Below are positions 16,887-25,506 of a DNA stretch of 32,000 nt, one piece after another. How positions within the stretch are numbered: the stretch's first letter is position 1; each line of letters starts with the position of its first letter. Below the pieces are notes generated by a model. The model searched no databases and was not told where the DNA came from. It saw only the letters and a list, made by a program, of their open reading frames with translations. Source of the DNA: Candidatus Lokiarchaeum ossiferum (GTDB taxonomy: Archaea > Asgardarchaeota > Lokiarchaeia > Sigyniarchaeales > Promethearchaeaceae); NCBI GenBank assembly GCA_025839675.1, contig CP104013.1:1770001-1802000 (forward strand), given 5' to 3'. The position numbers and the translations under genes are program-made.

Positions 16887-16997
16887 TTTTTTTATCACCG
16901 ATTTATTTTTTTACACATACTCTTTTTTTACTAGCATTAGATAAAGATTTGAACGAAATTTCTTTAAATCATTTATTACGATTTATTGTTGAACATT

Positions 16998-17930
16998 ATG
17001 GCAAGTGTCAATTTTACCTTCTTCTTATCTTTCTCCATTATAATGCTGGGATTTTTCCTCCGGCAAGTGAAAATTTTTCGAATTGAGGATGGGAGAACTC
17101 TTTCAAAAATCATCATTAACATTACTCTTCCAGCCGTTATTTTGAATACCATATCCAAGATTCAAATTGATTTTTCTCTCGGTATCATGCCCCTAATTTG
17201 TTTAATTTATACAATTATAGTCTTAGGGTTTAATATGATTGTTTCTCGAAATTTAGTTCCACAGGATAAAGGTGTTCTATTGATGACAGTTATTACCTTT
17301 AATGTCGGAAATTTCGCTTATCCTATTTTTGAAGGAATTTGGGGTGAAATAGGTCTAGCTTATGCTGCAATGTTTGATATTGGAAATGCTTTTGTAATTT
17401 TCGCGTTGTGTTATATTATTGCTGCAATAAATTCCCCTAAAAATTTGGTAGAAGAAAAAAAGCCTGAAATCAAGGTGATCCTCAAGAAAGCTTTGACATC
17501 ACCCCCCCTTGTAAGTTATTTTCTAGCCCTATTATTAAATATTCTTCATTTGACCATACATCCCTCAATAACAGCGTTTTTGGATGTTTTTGCTAAAGCA
17601 AATATGGGCATTGTTTTATTATGTCTTGGAATATTACTCGATTTTCACTTTAATAAACAGCAATGGCACTCCATCTTACAAATCTTTTTAATTCGGTATT
17701 CCTTTGGGATAGGTTTTGGTCTTCTTTGTTATTTCTTCTTACCCTTTTCCGAGTTAGTACGAACGTTAATCTTTATTTTACTAATTTTACCAGTTGGGAT
17801 GTCTATCATTCCTTATGGGGTAGAATTTGGATTTGATGAGCAAAAAATTGCAACGATATGTAATTTAACGATCATCATTAGTTTCTTGCTAATGTGGCTA
17901 ATTATTGGGATATTCGGGACGGGGCTCTAA
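16998..17930 (+). CDS. AEC (auxin efflux carrier) family permease
   Basis: About ten hydrophobic helices. The N-terminal pattern SIIMLGFFLRQ...LSKIIINITLPAVILNTI is typical of the Mem_trans/AEC family. First ATG is at 16998; the ORF track starts at TTG 16986. Confidence 0.75.
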   Translation: MASVNFTFFLSFSIIMLGFFLRQVKIFRIEDGRTLSKIIINITLPAVILNTISKIQIDFSLGIMPLICLIYTIIVLGFNMIVSRNLVPQDKGVLLMTVITFNVGNFAYPIFEGIWGEIGLAYAAMFDIGNAFVIFALCYIIAAINSPKNLVEEKKPEIKVILKKALTSPPLVSYFLALLLNILHLTIHPSITAFLDVFAKANMGIVLLCLGILLDFHFNKQQWHSILQIFLIRYSFGIGFGLLCYFFLPFSELVRTLIFILLILPVGMSIIPYGVEFGFDEQKIATICNLTIIISFLLMWLIIGIFGTGL

Positions 17931-18017
17931 CACTATTCGTTTTTCAATTTATTTTAATAACTTAATTCATTGAAGAAAATGGATTTAATTTATACCTAAG
18001 TTCACCTTCATGTAATT

Positions 18018-19346
18018 ATGGCTCAAAAACATCAAATAAAAGTCGGAATAGCTTGTATAGCACGAAAGACTTTTGATTTTAAAGCAGCTTTAGATATTTT
18101 TCACAGTATTCAAACTTCTAAGCTTCAAAAAATTTCCAATATTGAGTGGGTTATCATTCCAAACTTAGTAATCGAAATTCAAGATGCCCAAATCGCCGCT
18201 CATCATTTAGCTAGCAAGGAGATTGATGCGTTTATTTGTTTATCCGGTACTTTTGCCTTGGGACATTTAATTTTGGAATTTAATAAAGTTTTAAAGAAAC
18301 CTATTCTCCTTTGGGGGTTGGATGAACTCCCCTATAATGGAGGAAAAATTCGACTAAATTCGGTATGTGGAATAAATTTGAATGCATCAAATTTATATAA
18401 GGCAGGAGTTAAAGATTTTCATGCTATCGTAGGAGAGGAATTAGTCGAATTAGAAAACTGGCTTGATGCAATTCGAATTATGGCCGCATTTCAAACGGCT
18501 CATATAGGGATAATTGGGTATCGTGCTCAAGGTTTTTTTAATCTTGATGTGGATGAGTTGGATCTCTATAACCAAACGGGAGTGTTGATCGATCATTATG
18601 AACTGTCCCAAGTGTTTCAAATGCCAGTTGAAGACAGTGAGATTAATATTAGGAAACAACAAATCATAAAATTGTTCGATATTTCCCAAATTTCGGAAGA
18701 TCAAATTGAAAAAGTGGCATTATTGACCACCAAATTTGATCAATTTATGAAAACAAATAATTTAACCACTTGTGCTATCCGCTGTTGGCCAGAATTTGCA
18801 GGTTCATTTGGAATATCCCCATGCGCGGCTATGTCTATCCTCCAATCGGAAGGAAAAATAATGGCATGTGAAGGAGACATTCTGGCAAGCATGAGTATGT
18901 TAGCTCATCAAGCCATTGGAGCTGAAACCCCCTTTTTAGCAGATTTTTCCCAAGTCAATTTCAAAGAAGATTTTGCTCTTCTCTGGCATTGTGGTGTCGC
19001 CCCATGCAATTTATGGGATGAAAAATGTACGCGTTCTTTAGACGGGTATTTTGCAGGAGGCAAGGGAGTGACCGCTGATTTTGTCATGAGACCAGGAGAA
19101 ATTTCTTTGGCGCGTATTGATTATGCTCCAGGTGAATATCGAATATTATTGCAAAAAGGATTAGGTATTCCAATGAAAAAAGAATTGAAAGGAACTTATT
19201 TGAAGGCAACTTTTTCGAGTGGAGTAAGAACTTTAATGGATAAAATCGTTTATAATGGGATCGCTCACCACCTATCGGTAGTTTATGGTGATTATATTAA
19301 ACCTTTTGAGATCTTTGCCAAATTAAAACATTGGAAAAAAATTTAA
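18018..19346 (+). CDS. L-fucose / L-arabinose isomerase family protein
   Basis: Size ~440 aa. Motifs IGIIGYRAQGF and KIMACEGDILASMSML (the CEGD block), plus the overall pattern of COG2407-type sugar isomerases. Confidence 0.75.
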   Translation: MAQKHQIKVGIACIARKTFDFKAALDIFHSIQTSKLQKISNIEWVIIPNLVIEIQDAQIAAHHLASKEIDAFICLSGTFALGHLILEFNKVLKKPILLWGLDELPYNGGKIRLNSVCGINLNASNLYKAGVKDFHAIVGEELVELENWLDAIRIMAAFQTAHIGIIGYRAQGFFNLDVDELDLYNQTGVLIDHYELSQVFQMPVEDSEINIRKQQIIKLFDISQISEDQIEKVALLTTKFDQFMKTNNLTTCAIRCWPEFAGSFGISPCAAMSILQSEGKIMACEGDILASMSMLAHQAIGAETPFLADFSQVNFKEDFALLWHCGVAPCNLWDEKCTRSLDGYFAGGKGVTADFVMRPGEISLARIDYAPGEYRILLQKGLGIPMKKELKGTYLKATFSSGVRTLMDKIVYNGIAHHLSVVYGDYIKPFEIFAKLKHWKKI

Positions 19347-19535
19347 TGATTTTTTTTCATAAAGAATTTTTTTTTAAAAAAATGTGGTTTTTTATTGAAA
19401 AAGTCTAAAGGGATTCTTTTAATTAAAAGGTTCGATCTAAAATCTATTTCTGGAAGGAACTAGAATTTTTGATATCGTAGATTCAGAAAAATAGAAGAAA
19501 AATAAAAAAAATAATCAAAAAGATCTTATATAATT

Positions 19536-22500
19536 TTAAGAACGTTTAGATTTTCGAATTAACAACGCTGCTGCACCTAAAGAGGCAAAGATAAGTGCCC
19601 CCACAGCAAAGCCTGGAACACCACCTTCTTCTTCAGTGGTTGTTGTTTCAGTTTCAGTTTCGGTGCATGTTTCAGTAATGGTCACAGTAGGTGGAGTATA
19701 ATCACGATGAAGATACACTAGATCAATTTCATCCCCTTTTGGAACCATTCCATATACACCATCAAAGCAAACTGTCAAATAGAACTGAATTTCAGATGTT
19801 CCACCATAACCATCAATAACTTCAATTCTAATTGTATAATTCCCATCAGCTAAGCCTAAAGAACTATCTCCATAGATGGTTAGAGCAACATCTCCAACAA
19901 CCCAATCTCCACTTCCAACTTCAATATCATTTGCATAGATTGTATAATTTGCGTCTGCGATGCTTAAATCTGCAACATTGAATACTGCAGAAATATTTGT
20001 TGTAGATGCAATGAGTTCAAATCCACTTAATACAGGTGCATAATTGACCACATCAATATCTACTGTTTCTGAAGCAGAATATCCAAATTCATCATCAGCA
20101 ATAAGTTCAAATTCATATGTTCCAATGGCAGTTCCTGTGAAATCATAGGATACTAAATCTTCGAAATCACCAGTATCTACTTCAACACCATCTTGGAGTA
20201 AAGTATAATTACCACTTTTACATGTATCTGAAACATCAAACAATAAAGAGATTGTATCAGTTTGTTCTACTTCGGAATCTCCAATAAATTCAATAACAGG
20301 AGCAGAAGTATCATATAAGAACTTAGTAGATACAGTATGATCGAAGTTCCATCCAGCAGTTGAAGTGGTTACTAAATAGGTTCCTTCAGATACACCAGCA
20401 GCTTCAAGATCAAAATTCATGAGATCTCCTGGATCTACATTTGCAGTATATACTACATCTCCTAATACTGAGAAGGAAAGATAATACTCTACATCTGCTG
20501 GACCACTAGGATTATCAAACCATTCTATAACAATTTCATATAATCCAGTTGATGGAATAACTCCTTCAAAGTGTTCCGGTTTAGCACCAGTAGCAGATTG
20601 TCCAAATATATCAGAATCGAAATCATAAGGATCGCCCGCTCTGATAATTAATAGGTCAAAATCAGAATCATCTGACCAATCGAGTTCACCAACTGCATAG
20701 TCACCTTCATTTAGGAAAACAGTATAAGATGCTTCAATGGTCATTCCTCCAGCATACGCAACCAAATCTTCAGCCAACAATAATTCAGATTCTTCAAGAA
20801 CAACTGCAGATGTAATTTGCATAGTGTTGTTGTATGCATCATTTCCAAAGGCTGGAATTGCATTATCATCAACTACACTCCAATTCGCTGTGAAGTTGCT
20901 ATTTGTGATCATTACTCCCATAGGAGTCTCTACCATACCTGGAGTTGAGAAATCAACAGTTGGAACTGCAAAATCAGAAACAGATTCATTAGTCCAAGCA
21001 ACCTTCAATGAGAAGTTTTCCAAAGGTAATGTTTCAGCAACAGGGTCTAAATCTGTGGCATGAACAATTAGAGTAAACTGATCAAATCCATAACCCGTTG
21101 TTACATTTTCAGCCCATCCACCATAGAAGTAATTGCTTGAAGCATTTTCATAGTAATTATAAATATCTATGAGTAATCTTTGTTTAGTCTCTCCAGCATT
21201 TTCTGTTGAAATATAATGCCCACCAGCTGTGAAATAGTCGGTTTCACCAATAACATAACCTTCATGGTCTACAACCCACATATTCATCTCAGAACCAGCA
21301 TTAACCCACTCTAATTCGAGTAACATGGATTTAACATCTGAACGATTTGTGTATCCATCTAAAACAATATCATAGAATCGCCAATCTCCAGTTTCTGGAC
21401 GCCAATCGTAATCAGCACATCCATACAATCCATTGTCATTTGGTCTACCAGTTAATTGTCCATCACTTACAATTGTCCATCCATCTGCTTCGTATCCAGT
21501 TACATTTGCAGCGATAGTATAACCATAAGGAACAAGCATTTGATTATAATCTGTTGTGTTGAATATAACATATCCTTCATACATCCCAGGTACTGCATCT
21601 GTTTCAATATCAATGGTCACTTCATACTCACCGCCAGATGTTTCTACTACGGAAACACGACTATCATCAGTACGAGTAAAAGCTCGGACACTTAATGAGA
21701 AGTTTTGACCACTCCAAGGATAATACAATCCATGATCACACATATGATTGAAACCAGGATCTCTGATTCTTACAAACGCAGGATCTTCAGAAGCCTGAAG
21801 GAAATCAGTAGGTAAGAATAAATCTTGGAAATTATTGTTGTCATATGCATAGTTCACAAATGCAAAATCTTCTTCGCCAGAAATATTTGATTCTAAAGCC
21901 CCGACGTACATAATCGGAGGACGACCACCAAAAGTATCTCGGTAAAACTCTCCAACTTCATAGGGTACTGAAAATTCTAATTGGAAGTAATCAGCAGATC
22001 GTAATTGAGCAATATCAAATAGAGCTTCTATTGAGAAAGCAGAATAATAGTCATACGTCCTCAAATTTTCAACTACAGCAGTATAAGTGGTATCAAATGT
22101 AACATCTGCAAAATCAGCACCAGTTACGCCACCATCTAAGGTGACCGTTGAGGTGTAGGATTCTTCAGGGAATAAAGTACCACCGTAGATTGCGGTATCC
22201 TTCATTGTATAAGGTCCAAATAAAGGATGTTCATCAGTATCACTAGTTGTATTTATTATGTCTGCACGGCTATCCCAATAATAGAGTCCACCATCTATAT
22301 CTCGTCTAAACCAAGATGATGAATTAAAGTATCGGTGATAAGGAACTTCATAACGTTGGGCAGCAGTGGCGGTTGCATCAGTAGTATAGGCAACTAATAT
22401 ATCACTACTAGTTCCATCTGCATATTGAACTCCAGCAGAAACATTAATTCGTCCGGTCCCTTGCATATATGGATCATATCCAAAATCGTCAGCAGTACTT

Positions 22501-24674
22501 TTCATAATAGCCTTAGCCATGTCTGGATCTAAAGATTCTCCAGGATGCGCTGAAGCCCATGCTTGATAAATCAAAGCCATTCCACCTGCAAGGGCAGGAC
22601 ATGATGCGGAAGTTCCACCGAAAACATGATAGAAATATGGATTACCTACTGTAATTGGATTCAAACTCCAATCGAAGGCTCCAGGTGCGAGAATATCAAT
22701 TTTAGGATATCCTATATTTGATGGACCGTTATCACTCCATCCAATGACTTGATCAGCTATACCATAGCTTGCATTCCATTCTGTTGAAGTATTTCTCCAC
22801 CAATTTACGGTTGAAGCACCAACTGCAACAGCTGCGGTAGATTGACTTGGTTGTTTGCTTGTACCCATACCAGAACCTCCATTACCGGTTGAAGTTAAGT
22901 AGAGTACTCCAGGATAATCCGGATGCAAGAAGCCAGGAACAGATAGTAAATCAATAAACAAGGTTTCAAAATCCCAACCCATAGCAACATCATTTACTTC
23001 AACAGCACTGGTTCCCCAACTGTTTGAACTTATGTTAGCAATATGAGTGCTTTGAGGATTGAATGCCCAAATTCCATTAGCATCAGGTTCAAATCCTGCT
23101 GCCCATAACCATCCAAAAGTAGTTGCAGAATCGGAAAATCCAGCAGTAGCTAAAATTTTAGCTTCAGTTGACATTCCACCTATTGTGAACGTTTCATCAG
23201 ATGGTAAATCTTCATTTTCTAATAAAGTGTAATTAATTGGAGCACTTGCAGCTAATCCTGCACAACCTGTTCCATGACCACCAGTATCCCACAAGTGAGC
23301 AAGGGTTTTTCCATCTGCTGGGATACCAGTTACAATACCTCCACCAGTGTAATTATTTGTATCTAAAACGTTTGCAATTGATCCTAAAGAGATATCTGTA
23401 TATCCATCTAAAACACCATAATCTGTTGTATTCCATACGTCTTTGGATAATGCAAGATTTGCATTGTTTTTATGGGCAACTTGGCCAGTGAAATTAAACG
23501 GAGCGAGATCATACCATGAAGAATCACCAGTCAAGAACCCTTGTGTAATACAAAATCCGGATTCATAATCAACGTACAATGTGTCATAATCTCCATCATC
23601 GTCATCATCAGCTTCGATAAATGGTGTTATAGAAATAGTCCCGTCATTGTGAATTACACTCATTCCGAATGCAAAGCCAGTTACATTTCCATTGATTCCA
23701 GTTCCTACTGTATAAGTAGCAGGCATATTGAATCCAGTTCCATCAAATAATTGCCAGATTGGATTATAAAAACCGATATCTGGTGCATTTACAGGTAAGT
23801 TGTTGTATCCAGCTAAATAAATTGTTCCATTTTCGTCTGTATGTTTTGGTGAAAACCATCCATCCAATAACTCATAGGTACCATCACCAGGAGTAAAAAT
23901 ATCACCCCAAAAGTCCATAGCATTCAATGCAGTGAAAGACATACGACCGCTTGGTTCCAATGAAAGAGGATAACCATTTTCATCGACAGCCATTTGATTG
24001 CGTAAAGCAGTATGACCAAAATCAACGCCAGTATCATGAATTTGGATAACAATACCATCTCCATCATATCCAAGATCTTCAGCATCATCTACACTCATTA
24101 CTTCACGTGTTTCCACCGAATGAGGTTGAACAATGCCAGACTCATAATTTTCCATTGGTAGGAATTCGTCTGCTACATCAACATTTATATATTTCAAATC
24201 CTGAATATCTGCGTTTTTATCATAGGATGGCCCATAAAATTGGTCCGCTTCAATTTTTAAAACAGCAGGATTTGCTTGTAATTCTTCCATTTCCCGTAAA
24301 TTATCGACTGTAGTATGTACAAAACTATAGCCAGGGGATAATGGAACTATACCCAAAGGTTCGATTGTGCCACCTAAAGTGAAATCATCACCATAGACCA
24401 TAAGCATAAGACTTATTTCATCATTGATGATGTTCATAGATGCAGGTAGCTCATTTGTCTCTTTCCACTCAGAAAGAAAACCATCCAATTTTACATTAGA
24501 TCGATCGAATTTTGGAGTGTCATTAAATAACTCCGGTTGAGTTATACTCGATTTTTCAGTATCATTAGTTGTCATATTCAAAGAGATGACCATTGGCAAT
24601 ATAAATAATGTCAATGCGAAAACAACCAATGCTGGATTTCGAGCATTAGAGAATGAGAAATTTTTTACCTTCAT
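19536..24674 (-). CDS. Giant secreted subtilisin-like (S8) serine protease with C-terminal beta-sandwich repeats and PGF-CTERM anchor
   Basis: AGGAG lies 8 nt upstream of ATG 24674. Signal/anchor helix ALVVFALTLFILPMVISL. Catalytic triad contexts: IHDTGVD (Asp codon 24033-24035), GGHGTGCAG (His 23274-23276), GGTSASCPALAG (Ser 22608-22610). Thr/Glu linker and PGFAVGALIFASLGAAALLIRKSKRS at the C-terminus. Confidence 0.9.
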   Translation of the reverse strand: MKVKNFSFSNARNPALVVFALTLFILPMVISLNMTTNDTEKSSITQPELFNDTPKFDRSNVKLDGFLSEWKETNELPASMNIINDEISLMLMVYGDDFTLGGTIEPLGIVPLSPGYSFVHTTVDNLREMEELQANPAVLKIEADQFYGPSYDKNADIQDLKYINVDVADEFLPMENYESGIVQPHSVETREVMSVDDAEDLGYDGDGIVIQIHDTGVDFGHTALRNQMAVDENGYPLSLEPSGRMSFTALNAMDFWGDIFTPGDGTYELLDGWFSPKHTDENGTIYLAGYNNLPVNAPDIGFYNPIWQLFDGTGFNMPATYTVGTGINGNVTGFAFGMSVIHNDGTISITPFIEADDDDDGDYDTLYVDYESGFCITQGFLTGDSSWYDLAPFNFTGQVAHKNNANLALSKDVWNTTDYGVLDGYTDISLGSIANVLDTNNYTGGGIVTGIPADGKTLAHLWDTGGHGTGCAGLAASAPINYTLLENEDLPSDETFTIGGMSTEAKILATAGFSDSATTFGWLWAAGFEPDANGIWAFNPQSTHIANISSNSWGTSAVEVNDVAMGWDFETLFIDLLSVPGFLHPDYPGVLYLTSTGNGGSGMGTSKQPSQSTAAVAVGASTVNWWRNTSTEWNASYGIADQVIGWSDNGPSNIGYPKIDILAPGAFDWSLNPITVGNPYFYHVFGGTSASCPALAGGMALIYQAWASAHPGESLDPDMAKAIMKSTADDFGYDPYMQGTGRINVSAGVQYADGTSSDILVAYTTDATATAAQRYEVPYHRYFNSSSWFRRDIDGGLYYWDSRADIINTTSDTDEHPLFGPYTMKDTAIYGGTLFPEESYTSTVTLDGGVTGADFADVTFDTTYTAVVENLRTYDYYSAFSIEALFDIAQLRSADYFQLEFSVPYEVGEFYRDTFGGRPPIMYVGALESNISGEEDFAFVNYAYDNNNFQDLFLPTDFLQASEDPAFVRIRDPGFNHMCDHGLYYPWSGQNFSLSVRAFTRTDDSRVSVVETSGGEYEVTIDIETDAVPGMYEGYVIFNTTDYNQMLVPYGYTIAANVTGYEADGWTIVSDGQLTGRPNDNGLYGCADYDWRPETGDWRFYDIVLDGYTNRSDVKSMLLELEWVNAGSEMNMWVVDHEGYVIGETDYFTAGGHYISTENAGETKQRLLIDIYNYYENASSNYFYGGWAENVTTGYGFDQFTLIVHATDLDPVAETLPLENFSLKVAWTNESVSDFAVPTVDFSTPGMVETPMGVMITNSNFTANWSVVDDNAIPAFGNDAYNNTMQITSAVVLEESELLLAEDLVAYAGGMTIEASYTVFLNEGDYAVGELDWSDDSDFDLLIIRAGDPYDFDSDIFGQSATGAKPEHFEGVIPSTGLYEIVIEWFDNPSGPADVEYYLSFSVLGDVVYTANVDPGDLMNFDLEAAGVSEGTYLVTTSTAGWNFDHTVSTKFLYDTSAPVIEFIGDSEVEQTDTISLLFDVSDTCKSGNYTLLQDGVEVDTGDFEDLVSYDFTGTAIGTYEFELIADDEFGYSASETVDIDVVNYAPVLSGFELIASTTNISAVFNVADLSIADANYTIYANDIEVGSGDWVVGDVALTIYGDSSLGLADGNYTIRIEVIDGYGGTSEIQFYLTVCFDGVYGMVPKGDEIDLVYLHRDYTPPTVTITETCTETETETTTTEEEGGVPGFAVGALIFASLGAAALLIRKSKRS

Positions 24675-24905
24675 ATTTATTCTCCTAATTTAATATATTG
24701 CGTTGAATTTCCATTTAAGCCTTGCCAAAAAAGAGATAGTATTAAATAACCTATGGCCCAGAATTGAAAAACATCTTGGGGAAGAGTATGGGAAAAAACA
24801 GAAATGGTGTTTATCAAGGGAATGCATCAAAATTAAAAAATATCAACCGTTCAAGATAAAACTATTTTTTACAGAAACGATGGAAAAAAAAAGCAATATA
24901 GATTA

Positions 24906-25484
24906 TCAATTTTGGAAAAATTTCCGACGTTCTGACCGTCGAAAGATAGATGTAATTATTAAAACTTTTAAAATCCGAATAACATCAATATATTTAAGAT
25001 CTTTAATCTGCCAGACAATTTGCTGAAAATCATAGGATAGATTCATATTTTTAATTCTTTCATAGACCAGAAGGGCTTGATCCGTCAAATCTTTAAGATT
25101 CTCCAATTGGGTAATCTGTAAATGAGGTTGATAAAATTTTACATCTTGAATATATGTCGTGATCAACTTATTTATTCCAGTTTCAATTATGGATTTTAAT
25201 TGATTCCCAACTTCTTTTGTATTTATCTGATGCAAACTGGATCCTTGGATTCGACTAAATTGCATTTGCATAGACATGCCCAGCGATTCAATCTCTAAAG
25301 AAAGTCGTTCGATTAAATTCCCGTGAAGATAATCTTTAGCAACCTTATCCCCAGAATTAGCTCGTTTTTTCAAAAAAATCTCTGAGATATCGGTTGGGCT
25401 CATTGCAAGTTTAAAAAAGAAATAGAAAATTAAAAAAATTTGGATTTCCCCGATAATAACGCTTTTTCGGCGAGTCCACCACAT
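24906..25484 (-). CDS. Hypothetical protein (192 aa; may start at internal ATG 25403)
   Basis: ORF lies 22 nt downstream of the MFS gene on the same strand. Hydrophobic N-terminal segment, then a helical region. No motif recognised. Confidence 0.4.
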   Translation of the reverse strand: MWWTRRKSVIIGEIQIFLIFYFFFKLAMSPTDISEIFLKKRANSGDKVAKDYLHGNLIERLSLEIESLGMSMQMQFSRIQGSSLHQINTKEVGNQLKSIIETGINKLITTYIQDVKFYQPHLQITQLENLKDLTDQALLVYERIKNMNLSYDFQQIVWQIKDLKYIDVIRILKVLIITSIFRRSERRKFFQN

Positions 25485-25506
25485 TCATGTGATACTAATG
25501 GATATC

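Noticed and set aside
20737-24313. Plus-strand ORFs (20737-21063, 21456-21695, 23237-23491, 23541-23750, 24107-24313) opposite the giant protease gene
   Set aside because: They are antisense shadows of a 5.1-kb CDS that has clear catalytic motifs. They have no start context and implausible sequences.
24703-25026. 107-aa plus-strand ORF upstream of the protease gene
   Set aside because: It has a TTG start without an SD, overlaps the 3' end of the minus-strand 192-aa ORF, and has K/R-rich low-complexity sequence typical of AT-rich noise. It lies in the protease promoter region.
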